Shown: piece after piece, positions 8,998 to 16,005 of the stretch | How the letters are laid out: every line of letters starts with the position of its first letter | Numbering within the stretch: the first letter of the stretch is position 1 | Position numbers and translations under genes: made by a program | Notes under the pieces: model-generated | Told to the model about the DNA's origin: nothing | What the model saw: only the letters and a program-made list of their open reading frames with translations | Databases searched by the model: none | Assembly: GCA_040902105.1 (NCBI GenBank) | Contig: JBBDXW010000053.1 | Location: 17,842 to 81,841 of the forward strand | Reading direction: 5' to 3' | Source: Woeseia sp. | GTDB lineage: Bacteria > Pseudomonadota > Gammaproteobacteria > Steroidobacterales > Woeseiaceae | Length of the DNA: 64,000 bases

Positions 8998-9013
8998 GAG
9001 CTGGCGTGCCCGG
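8918..9013 (-). pseudogene. fragment of a CobW/G3E-family GTPase gene (about 32 codons)
   Basis: A hand-read minus frame starting just after the higA-like stop gives PGTPALAREGRVDYLLVESAGMPEPLPAATLT. This resembles the G3E Walker-B/switch region (..D.hhhE.tG.a.P.P.a.tf). No upstream or downstream continuation. Confidence 0.4.
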
Positions 9014-9014
9014 A

Positions 9015-9329
9015 TTACGCAGCGCGTGGCGTCAGCTTGAGGCCGAGCGCTTTCACGACCTTGAGGACGGTGCCCAAGCTCGGATTACCATCGGCCGACA
9101 GCGACTTGTAGAGCCCTTCTCGCGTCAGCCCCGTTTCCTTCGCCAGCCGGGCCATCCCGTAGGCACGCGCGACGTTGCCCAGCGCGACAGCGATCAACGC
9201 AGGATCGTCGCCGGCGTCCTCCATACATGCGTCCAGGTAGGCGATCATGTCTTCTTCGGATTTGAGGTAATCAGCGGTGTCGTAGCGCGAAAAAACCTCT
9301 TTGCGCCGCGATTTGATTTTTTTGGCCAT
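9015..9329 (-). CDS. addiction-module antidote protein, HigA family (HTH)
   Basis: 104 aa MAKKIKSRRKEVFSRYDTADYLKSEEDMIAYLDACMEDAGDDPALIAVALGNVARAYGMARLAKETGLTREGLYKSLSADGNPSLGTVLKVVKALGLKL, the typical antidote partner of the RelE-fold killer protein family. Confidence 0.85.
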   Translation of the reverse strand: MAKKIKSRRKEVFSRYDTADYLKSEEDMIAYLDACMEDAGDDPALIAVALGNVARAYGMARLAKETGLTREGLYKSLSADGNPSLGTVLKVVKALGLKLTPRAA

Positions 9330-9332
9330 CTC

Positions 9333-9630
9333 TCAATCTTCCTGCCAAGTCTCGGCGATCTCTATTGCTCGCCTGATGTCGGCTGCCTGCGTCCTCTTCG
9401 TCCCGCCGCACAAAAGGAGAGCAATCGTCTTGCCGTGTTCCACGTAATACACGCGATAGCCTGGACCATAATCAATCCGCATCTCGCTTACGCCTGAACC
9501 GACCGGTTTCACGTCTCCAGGATTGCCAAGCGCCAGCCGGTCAATGCGCACGATAATGCGCGCCCTCCCGTCGATCCTTCAACTTCGAAAACCAGGTGTG
9601 GAAGGTTCTCGATTTAAGGATTGTGAGCAT
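9333..9630 (-). pseudogene. addiction-module killer protein (HigB/RelE-fold) disrupted by a +1 frameshift
   Basis: ATG at 9630 reads MLTILKSRTFHTWFSKLKDRREGAHYRAH-stop. The +1 frame continues RARIIVRIDRLALGNPGDVKPVGSGVSEMRIDYGPGYRVYYVEHGKTIALLLCGGTKRTQAADIRRAIEIAE. Removing one G in cgggaggg (about 9563-9570) restores a 98-aa protein. The total length of 298 nt equals 99 codons plus 1. Confidence 0.7.
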
Positions 9631-9635
9631 TGGAG

Positions 9636-9665
9636 TGTAAACCATAGATTACAATATGTAAACCA
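9636..9665 (-). promoter_or_regulatory. candidate higBA operator
   Basis: Immediately upstream of the killer-gene ATG. TGTAAACCA occurs at 9636-9644 and 9657-9665, and the palindrome TTACA-ATA-TGTAA sits at 9649-9661. Confidence 0.35.
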
Positions 9666-9780
9666 CAGTTAACGTGGCTATGCGGTACTCTCCCGACAGC
9701 TCGAATGCCCGCCGTCCGCCTCATTTTCGCCGCCCGCCTTCGCCTTCGCTTTCTTCAAGAGTGCGCAGCGACTCGGTATC

Positions 9781-9814
9781 GCGAATGCTTCTCACTCAAA
9801 TAATCCCTCCGCGG
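9781..9814. repeat. 34-bp direct repeat, copy B (partner at 6250-6283)
   Basis: See copy A. The minus-strand reading starts a 24-codon stub, VRSIRDTESLRTLEESEGEGGRRK-stop. Confidence 0.7.
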
Positions 9815-9975
9815 GGTCGTCAAATCTCACCATTCGCGGCTGTATGCAGTGATTCTTGTCTATCTGTACGAACGCGCGCCTTTAATTCGTTGATCGCTCC
9901 GACAGGCAGTGCGCCAATCGTTCGAAGAACTTGACGCCTGTAGTCTATGGGATACAATCGATCGTGCGTGTACAC

Positions 9976-10148
9976 ATGACCAGGGTGTACCGAGACTGGA
10001 TCAGCGCACTCAAAGATCGCAAGGGTCGGGCGTGAATCCAGGTTCGTGTTGATCGACTTGTCCACGGAAATCCGGGGAAGCACAGAGGCCTTTCTCAACC
10101 CAACAGCAAGACATCAAATTGGCAATTGAGCTTGCCCGACACTTGTGA
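9976..10148 (+). pseudogene. second killer-protein (HigB/RelE-fold) gene, decayed by an in-frame stop and an internal deletion with frame change
   Basis: MTRVYRDWISALKDRKGRA-TGA-IQVRVDRLVHGNPG parallels copy 1 (..KDRRRARIIVRIDRLALGNPG). The TGA at 10033-10035 falls where copy 1 has Arg. After GNPG the central region of roughly 40 codons is missing, and a shifted frame gives STQQQDIKLAIELARHL-stop (compare RTQAADIRRAIEIAETW). Confidence 0.55.
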
Positions 10149-10476
10149 GATCTGCTCTGTGCGCAAGAAAACAGCCAAGTCCCGCTTGAAAACCAAAACC
10201 TTCCGTTATGACGTTGCGAAGCAGTTGCGCACGCCGGAAGAAATGGCTGCCTACCTCGATGCCTGGCTCGTCGAGGCGCCCGATGACGCAGCGGGCATCG
10301 CTCGCGCACTGGGAGATATTGCGCGCGCCAAAGGCATGTCGCAGGTGGCGCGGGCTACCGGCCTCAGCCGTGAGAGCTTGTACAAGGCTCTGAGCGAGAA
10401 CGGCAATCCGAGTTTTGCCACCGTGTTAAAGGTTGCCCAGGCCCTGGGACTCCGTTTGCATGCGGAGGCTGCGTAA
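10126..10476 (+). CDS. addiction-module antidote protein, HigA family, second copy
   Basis: ..FRYDVAKQLRTPEEMAAYLDAWLVEAPDDAAGIARALGDIARAKGMSQVARATGLSRESLYKALSENGNPSFATVLKVAQALGLRL is colinear with 9015-9329. The true start is probably GTG at 10159 (VRKKTAKSR..), 10 nt after the killer-remnant stop. Confidence 0.8.
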   Translation: MSLPDTCEICSVRKKTAKSRLKTKTFRYDVAKQLRTPEEMAAYLDAWLVEAPDDAAGIARALGDIARAKGMSQVARATGLSRESLYKALSENGNPSFATVLKVAQALGLRLHAEAA

Positions 10477-10782
10477 TTCTTCGATGCGGCTGTCGCCTCT
10501 CCAACCACGCCAGCACTTGTCAACGATGGATTTTATGTAGCTCCACGCTGGTTACCGATCAGCATGTGCCCGCATGTCGTGCAAACCATTTTCCAGCACC
10601 ATCGCTCCCTGTCTGCGAGAATCGCCATGGCAAGAAAAGCGTTTTGCGGCTTACGCATCGGCATTTATCTTCTCAGCTAACGCGCTGCTTCCATCAAGAA
10701 GCTTTAGGCGGCGAACCTGTCAGCGTCAGGCGAACAAGATCCGGATTGGTCTGACCGCGTCGCAACTCCTGTGCTCGTGTCG

Positions 10783-11013
10783 TCAGTCACGCGAGGCGGC
10801 CAGAATAGCTCGAACGCGACGTTCGAATAAATCAGATGGCAACTTCCCTGCGGCGAACTCTTGCGCGGCTGCAACAAGAGACCGCAAGGCTGCCAGGCCA
10901 CCGACCCGATGCTCGAGATCCGTTCTTAGTCTTTGATCGTGACCAGGACGAAATGACGCTGATCCGGTTTCTTCGCCACATCCACATCCACATCCACATT
11001 CGCATTGTGCCAT
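10783..11013 (-). CDS. small Cys-rich protein (C-x-C-G-C-G-C-G-C-G ... F-x-P-G-H-D), function unknown
   Basis: ORF track 10783..11133. The internal ATG at 11013 has a strong RBS (taGGAGAGGgcaaATG) and gives MAQCECGCGCGCGEETGSASFRPGHDQRLRTDLEHRVGGLAALRSLVAAAQEFAAGKLPSDLFERRVRAILAASRD (76 aa). Confidence 0.6.
   Translation of the reverse strand: MAQCECGCGCGCGEETGSASFRPGHDQRLRTDLEHRVGGLAALRSLVAAAQEFAAGKLPSDLFERRVRAILAASRD
10975..11004. repeat. hexanucleotide tandem repeat inside the Cys-rich CDS
   Basis: Plus strand gccaca tccaca tccaca tccaca ttcgca, which is minus strand TGCGAA (TGTGGA)x3 TGTGGC and encodes CECGCGCGCG. Confidence 0.9.
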
Positions 11014-11277
11014 TTGCCCTCTCCTATCCAGCCGAAACCGCGTTTGTGCATGAACCGCAGCTTCGTCGGTTCGAGAATAATCTCCGACACCGGTGCGGCG
11101 ATGGATACAAATATTAACGACCCCGCGTAACAACTACGAAACGGCCGCTTCGCCTTCCTGCATCAAAAGATCCCGAATTTCCCCCGGATTTAGCGTCACT
11201 GCCCACCGCCACCGTCCGAATCCCCCATGCTCGCTGGCAGCTTGTGTCCATTCGTACCGAGCCGGAACAAATCCTAA

Positions 11278-11568
11278 CTCGAGTCCACCAGTGTCGACTT
11301 TCCGATTCATCCGGATGTTCAACGTGTCATTGCAGAGGCCCGCCGTTCCAAAGCCAGGCGGATCGCCTGCAAGAATACCGACGCGTTCGAGGGGCTGGCC
11401 AACCGGCAACTGCCGACATTGCACGAGATTCGCGCCCTATCATCGTATCTCTATGCGAAAGCAGGCTACGAGGTTTCGGCGGTGCAGGATCTGATGGCGC
11501 ACACGGATCCGGACATGACCCGCGCATACCAGAAGGGTCATGCGCGCAAGGTTCGCGTGTGGACATGA
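11278..11568 (+). pseudogene. C-terminal fragment of a tyrosine recombinase / phage-type integrase
   Basis: The frame opens after a TAA at 11275-11277. It reads ..VDFPIHPDVQRVIAEARR...FEGLANRQLPTLHEIRALSSYLYAKAGYEVSAVQDLMAHTDPDMTRAYQKGHARKVRVWT-stop. The HxxR and catalytic-Tyr region is lambda-Int-like (PTFHELRSLSARLYE...LLGH....M...Y). The N-terminal part of the gene is absent. It lies next to the tRNA-Gly 3-prime end. Confidence 0.65.
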
Positions 11569-11724
11569 TGCTGCCATTCAGTGTGGATGACGACGACCGA
11601 CGTGTCAGAGAACAGCCGCGGGCGTACACGGTCGCCGCGCATAAACTCCGTCAGGAAATATTTTCTGAGAATTCTCTGACGGAAAATCGACGGGTCGCCT
11701 AATTTACTGAAAAGTAAGAGAAAT

Positions 11725-11800
11725 TGGAGCGGGAAACGAGGCTCGAACTCGCGACCTCAACCTTGGCAAGGTTGCGCTCTACCAACTGAGCTATTCCCGC
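11725..11800 (-). tRNA. tRNA-Gly (anticodon GCC)
   Basis: The reverse complement GCGGGAATAGCTCAGTTGGTAGAGCGCAACCTTGCCAAGGTTGAGGTCGCGAGTTCGAGCCTCGTTTCCCGCTCCA (76 nt) folds as a cloverleaf with anticodon loop TTGCCAA and an encoded CCA. Confidence 0.95.
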
Positions 11801-11847
11801 TTAGGGGTACTACTGAATCTTTGGCCGCGTCTCCGCGGGGACAGGAA

Positions 11848-11875
11848 ATTCTATCTTGTATCAGCACCCTGTCAA
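11848..11875 (-). promoter_or_regulatory. sigma70-type promoter for tRNA-Gly
   Basis: Minus strand TTGACA-16 nt-TAGAAT, followed by a GC-rich discriminator (ccccgcgg), about 47 nt upstream of the mature tRNA 5-prime end. Confidence 0.55.
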
Positions 11876-11996
11876 GGAATGAGGAAAATTGCTGAAAGGT
11901 CCCTCACCTTCATCGGCTGCGACCTCGATCTTCAGACGATGTCCAGAGCGGCCCATGCACGATCCGCGGTACACGCCGGACTATTGATGTAGCGTG

Positions 11997-12458
11997 TCAG
12001 CGAGCGTAAGCCGGTGAGGGATCGTGAACAGAAAGGCGAAACGGGTCCCGCACTCTGACGCGGCCATACAGGCGGCCGTCTTCGAAGTCTTCCGACCACA
12101 ACGGATCGAAGCCGCGCTCATCTGCGTACGCCCAAAGATGGGCATCGAACCAGGAAAGTTTGTAGAGCGCTGCACCGCGTAGTGCAGTACGCAGCGTGTT
12201 CTCCGTCGGATACACGACAGAGAATTGCGCAAGCATGTCGTCTACTTCCCGATGCGCCTCTTCCACGGAAAGCAGCGAGGCGTCGCCGGCAATGGGCCGA
12301 GTGACCGCTGCGACAAATTCGATGAGCGCCTGGTGGGGAACGACTATGGAATCGTCGGCGATCCCTTGCCGCAGAAGCTCCTCGGCGCGCGCTTGTTTGG
12401 CTGGAAACCGTGGGTCATACCGGTACACGAGGATGTTAGTGTCAACGAGACCGGTCAC
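11997..12458 (-). CDS. vapC: PIN-domain toxin VapC
   Basis: ORF track 11997..12611. GTG at 12458 gives VTGLVDTNILVYRYDPRFPAKQARAEELL...WFDAHLWAYADERG (PIN acidic residues). It overlaps the vapB 3-prime end by 17 nt. Confidence 0.8.
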   Translation of the reverse strand: MTGLVDTNILVYRYDPRFPAKQARAEELLRQGIADDSIVVPHQALIEFVAAVTRPIAGDASLLSVEEAHREVDDMLAQFSVVYPTENTLRTALRGAALYKLSWFDAHLWAYADERGFDPLWSEDFEDGRLYGRVRVRDPFRLSVHDPSPAYAR

Positions 12459-12726
12459 GGCGATAGAGTTCGTCCCGCGTCCACCCGCGACTCTTCGAAG
12501 GCGCAAATGACTGCGCCTGTTCCCGTTCCCGTTGGTGCTGCGTGGTCTGATCGAAATAGTGCAGACGCTCCTCTGTCGACGCTGCAGCCTTCGCGACACG
12601 CGCGGGCACAATGGCTATCGTGTCGCCAGCCGCAACGAGCTCGACTTCATCACCAACCTGGATGCCGTAGATGTCGACCAGACGCTTGGGCAAGGTGATC
12701 TGGAACTTTCCGGTTACTCGGGTCAT
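12442..12726 (-). CDS. vapB: AbrB/SpoVT-fold antitoxin VapB
   Basis: MTRVTGKFQITLPKRLVDIYGIQVGDEVELVAAGDTIAIVP is a swapped-hairpin AbrB/MazE-type domain, directly upstream of the PIN gene. Confidence 0.8.
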   Translation of the reverse strand: MTRVTGKFQITLPKRLVDIYGIQVGDEVELVAAGDTIAIVPARVAKAAASTEERLHYFDQTTQHQREREQAQSFAPSKSRGWTRDELYRRDRSR

Positions 12727-12747
12727 GGAACGGGAGTGTGTGCGACA

Positions 12748-12779
12748 TCAAGGATTCTGTCAAGGATATTTCCTTGATC
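12748..12779 (-). promoter_or_regulatory. candidate vapBC operator (inverted repeats)
   Basis: atcaagga ttctg tcaagga tatt tccttgat: TCAAGGA twice plus its complement TCCTTGA, 22-53 nt upstream of the vapB ATG. Confidence 0.35.
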
Positions 12780-12868
12780 TTTGTTCAGGCTAAGCCAGGC
12801 GCGCTGTGGCGTGCCACAGTCCGGAAACGATCTCCGGTCGAAGCCGCGTCCGCATGGGGGATTCGTTC

Positions 12869-13429
12869 TCAGCCGCTTCTCGACATCGACGGCCACGCCG
12901 CACGCAGGTATACCACCATCGACCACAGCGTCATGCCGGCGGCTATCAGAAGCAGCACGAATCCCACCTCGTAGATGTCGATGCCGAACGCCGGCTGCTG
13001 GTAAACCATCAAACCGATGCCGACCATTTGCAGCGTTGTCTTGATCTTGCCGGCCTGCGAAACCGCCACGTTGCGCCGCTCCCCGATGCTCGCCATCCAT
13101 TCCCGCAATCCGGAGACTGTGATCTCGCGGCCGATAATGACCGCCGCCGTCAGGGCAACCACGACGCGAGGATCGCCCTGCACGAGCAGAACCAGGACCA
13201 CCGCAACCATCAGCTTGTCCGCCACCGGGTCGAGGAACTCGCCGAACTTCGACGTCTGGCCCAGACGCCGGGCAACGTAGCCGTCCAGCAGATCGGTAAT
13301 GGCGGCAACCGCGAATACGACGAAAGCAATCGGTCTTGAATACGCGAACGAACTGAAAAAGCAGTACACCACCACCGGTATGGCGGCAATACGAAACCAG
13401 GTCAGCGTGTTGGCGAGATTTGCTTTCAA
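12869..13429 (-). CDS. pgsA: CDP-diacylglycerol--glycerol-3-phosphate 3-phosphatidyltransferase
   Basis: 186 aa. CDP-alcohol phosphatidyltransferase motif DLLDGYVARRLGQTSKFGEFLDPVADK. TTG start at 13429, 18 nt after the uvrC stop. Confidence 0.9.
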   Translation of the reverse strand: MKANLANTLTWFRIAAIPVVVYCFFSSFAYSRPIAFVVFAVAAITDLLDGYVARRLGQTSKFGEFLDPVADKLMVAVVLVLLVQGDPRVVVALTAAVIIGREITVSGLREWMASIGERRNVAVSQAGKIKTTLQMVGIGLMVYQQPAFGIDIYEVGFVLLLIAAGMTLWSMVVYLRAAWPSMSRSG

Positions 13430-13447
13430 CGGAAAATCCGCGTCGCG

Positions 13448-15298
13448 TCAGTTACTGCTGTAGTTATCGCCATGGGGGTGCAGGTCGTCGTATATGCGTT
13501 GCGCCAGGTTCCGGCTGATGCCGTGAACCTTGGCGAGATCGCCGACACCCGCGCTGCGCACGCCCTGCAAACCGCCGAACTGACGCAGCAATTCGCGGCG
13601 CCGCTTGGGCCCGAGTCCCGGTATCTGTTCGAGGCTCGACGTTGTCCTTGCCTTCGCGCGACGCTGTCGGTGCCCGGTTATGGCGAAGCGGTGCGCTTCG
13701 TCCCGGATCTGCTGTATCAAATGCAGCGCCGGCGAATCTGGCGGCAGTATAGTGGGGGCGTTCCGGCCTGCCAAGAAAAGCTGTTCCTGTCCCGGCGTGC
13801 GGGCCCTGCCCTTCGCAACACCGACCACCTGCAGCCAGTCGAGCTCCAGCTCGTCGAGCACCGTCATCGCTTCCGCCAGTTGTCCCTTGCCGCCGTCGAC
13901 AATCAATATATCCGGCATCGCCACTTCGCCTTTTTTTACTCTTTCATAGCGTCTGCGCAGCGCTTCGGCCATCGCGGCATAGTCGTCGCCCGCCGCCGCG
14001 GGGCTCAGATTGAAGCGGCGATAGTCGCTCTTCAACGGCCCCGACTGGTTGAACACGACGCAGGACGCAACGGTTGCTTCGCCCGAGATGTGGCTCACGT
14101 CGAAGCATTCGAGGCGCTCCGGTATCGATTCGAGGCCCAGAGCTTCGGCGAGCGCCGCGAACTGGCGCTGGATCGTCGCGTTGCTTGCGATCTGCGACTT
14201 CAGGCCCTGGTCGGCATTGGTTTGCGCCATCTGCAGCCAGCGCTGCCGGTCTCCCCGCACCTTGTGCTTGAATCTGACTCTGTGGCCGGAGCGGTCCGCC
14301 AGGCTCAGTTCGAGCAATTCCCGATCCTCGATCGCCGCATCCACGACGATTTCGCCCGGTGCTTCGCGGCCCAGGTAATACTGGGACACGAACCCGTTAA
14401 GAATTACTTCGATTGCCGGGTCGCCGCCGACCTTTGGAAAATGATTGCGGCTGCCGAGCAGTGCGCCGTTTCGTATGAAGAGCACCGTCACGCAGTGAAT
14501 ACCCGATTTCGATGATGCCGCGATGACATCGAGGTCTTTCGCATTGTTTCGCGAGATCGACTGTTCGGCTTCGACCTTCTTGATGCGTCCGATCTGATCA
14601 CGGTATCGCGCGGCCAGTTCGTATTCCCGGTTCTCGGCGGCTCGCTCCATTCGCCTGACGAACGTGTCGATAACACTTCTGTTTTTTCCTTCGAGAAACA
14701 GGATCGCCGCATCAATGTCCGCCTTGTAGTTTTCCTGATCCACAAGGTCGACGCAGGGCGCCGTGCAGCGTTTGATCTGGTATTGCAGGCAGGGTCGCGT
14801 CCGGTTGCTGAAGTAGCTGTCGTCGCAGTTCCGGATCAGGAACAGTTTCTGCAGCTCGTTGACGGTTTTCCGTACAGCGCCGGCATTCGGGTAAGGGCCG
14901 AAGTAGCGTCCTTTCCCCGTTCTCGCGCCACGATGGAATTCGATGCGAGGATACGGATGTTCTGTGACGTAAATGTACGGGTAGCTTTTATCGTCGCGCA
15001 GTACGACATTGAAACGCGGCTTGTGGCGCTTGATCAGGTTGTATTCGAGGATCAGCGCATCGGCTTCCGTGTTGGTTACCGTCACTTCGACGTCGGCGAC
15101 CGACTGCAGCATCGCTGCCGTCTTCGCGTCCGTGTGCGCTCTCTGAAAATAGCTCGACACGCGCTTCCGCAGATCGCGCGCCTTGCCAACGTAAATGACT
15201 TTGCCGTTCGCGTTCAGCATGCGATAGACGCCCGGCCGGTGCGTCAGGCTGCGCACGAACGTTTTGGGATCGAATTCTGTGTGAGATTCTTCGGTCAC
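13448..15298 (-). CDS. uvrC: excinuclease ABC subunit C
   Basis: GIY-YIG module PGVYRMLNANGKVIYVGKARDLRKRVSSYF, UVR domain, C-terminal (HhH)2. Start placed at GTG 15298, which overlaps the upstream stop as GTGA, giving about 616 aa. The ORF-track start at 15394 runs into the upstream gene. Confidence 0.92.
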   Translation of the reverse strand: MTEESHTEFDPKTFVRSLTHRPGVYRMLNANGKVIYVGKARDLRKRVSSYFQRAHTDAKTAAMLQSVADVEVTVTNTEADALILEYNLIKRHKPRFNVVLRDDKSYPYIYVTEHPYPRIEFHRGARTGKGRYFGPYPNAGAVRKTVNELQKLFLIRNCDDSYFSNRTRPCLQYQIKRCTAPCVDLVDQENYKADIDAAILFLEGKNRSVIDTFVRRMERAAENREYELAARYRDQIGRIKKVEAEQSISRNNAKDLDVIAASSKSGIHCVTVLFIRNGALLGSRNHFPKVGGDPAIEVILNGFVSQYYLGREAPGEIVVDAAIEDRELLELSLADRSGHRVRFKHKVRGDRQRWLQMAQTNADQGLKSQIASNATIQRQFAALAEALGLESIPERLECFDVSHISGEATVASCVVFNQSGPLKSDYRRFNLSPAAAGDDYAAMAEALRRRYERVKKGEVAMPDILIVDGGKGQLAEAMTVLDELELDWLQVVGVAKGRARTPGQEQLFLAGRNAPTILPPDSPALHLIQQIRDEAHRFAITGHRQRRAKARTTSSLEQIPGLGPKRRRELLRQFGGLQGVRSAGVGDLAKVHGISRNLAQRIYDDLHPHGDNYSSN

Positions 15299-16005
15299 TG
15301 GCCGGCCTGAGCAAGTAGTTCCCTCGCGCGGGCGAACACCGCGCGGAACATATCCGGTGTCAGCCGGCCGGTGTTTGTGTTGTAACGGCTGCAATGGTAG
15401 GAATTCACCAGCGGGAAGCGCTCGTCGATCGTGTGTTCCGCGGCATGACCGAATTTATAGTCCGCCTGTCGCTTGCCGAGCGCCCTTACGACGGCGCGGT
15501 GCGCAATGCCGCCAAGGGCCAGTACGACCGATCGTGGCTCGATAAGTTCGAGTTCATTGGCGAGATACCTGTTGCAGGTATTGATCTCGCTGCCCAGCGG
15601 CTTGTTGTCGGGCGGCAGGCACTTCACGGAATTGGTGATGCGGCAGTCAAGCAGCCGCAGATCGTCATCGGCCGAAATCGATTCCGGCTGAGTGCCGAAG
15701 CCGAACTCGTACAAGGTCCGGTAGAACAGAATCCCGGCGAAATCGCCGGTGAACGGGCGCCCGGTGCGATTGGCGCCGTGCATGCCGGGCGCAAGACCCA
15801 CGATCACCAGGCGTGCGCTTTTATCGCCGAACGGCGGGACCGGCCGGCACCAGTAGCCCGGATTTTTCACCGCGACGTCATCCAGAAAGGAGGCCAGCCG
15901 CGGACAAAGGCGGCAGTCCCGGTCGTACACGGATTTCCGTACCACTGCCTTCGTGTCAGTCGTCCATGTGCCGCACGACAGCCTCACCGAAGCCCCGCGT
16001 ACCAA
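15295..16005 (-). CDS. uracil-DNA glycosylase superfamily protein (family 4/5 type)
   Basis: CRLCPRL...[25 protein letters not shown]...NSVKCLPP...HCSRYN motifs. The track start 16005 overlaps the icd 3-prime end by 50 nt. GTG at 15945 ([14 protein letters not shown]) would remove the overlap and may be the real start. Confidence 0.8.
   Translation of the reverse strand: MVRGASVRLSCGTWTTDTKAVVRKSVYDRDCRLCPRLASFLDDVAVKNPGYWCRPVPPFGDKSARLVIVGLAPGMHGANRTGRPFTGDFAGILFYRTLYEFGFGTQPESISADDDLRLLDCRITNSVKCLPPDNKPLGSEINTCNRYLANELELIEPRSVVLALGGIAHRAVVRALGKRQADYKFGHAAEHTIDERFPLVNSYHCSRYNTNTGRLTPDMFRAVFARARELLAQAGQ

Larger units (their letters stand above)
7267..11724. mobile_element. degraded tRNA-Gly-associated integrative island remnant (left boundary uncertain)
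   Basis: An integrase C-terminal fragment lies 157 bp from the 3-prime end of tRNA-Gly. The interval holds only TA modules, gene fragments and orphan genes, in contrast to the flanking core genes. Confidence 0.45.

Noticed and set aside
10533-10664. 43-codon minus-strand ORF MPMRKPQNAFLAMAILADRERWCWKMVCTTCGHMLIGNQRGAT with a CxxC-like motif.
   Set aside because: It is below the track threshold, has a weak RBS, and I recognise no family. It may be a gene fragment in the island.
11134-11424. 96-aa minus-strand ORF whose tail (..GGFGRWRWAVTLNPGEIRDLLMQ) vaguely recalls AlpA/excisionase C-termini.
   Set aside because: It overlaps the integrase fragment on the other strand for half its length, and the similarity is too weak to call.
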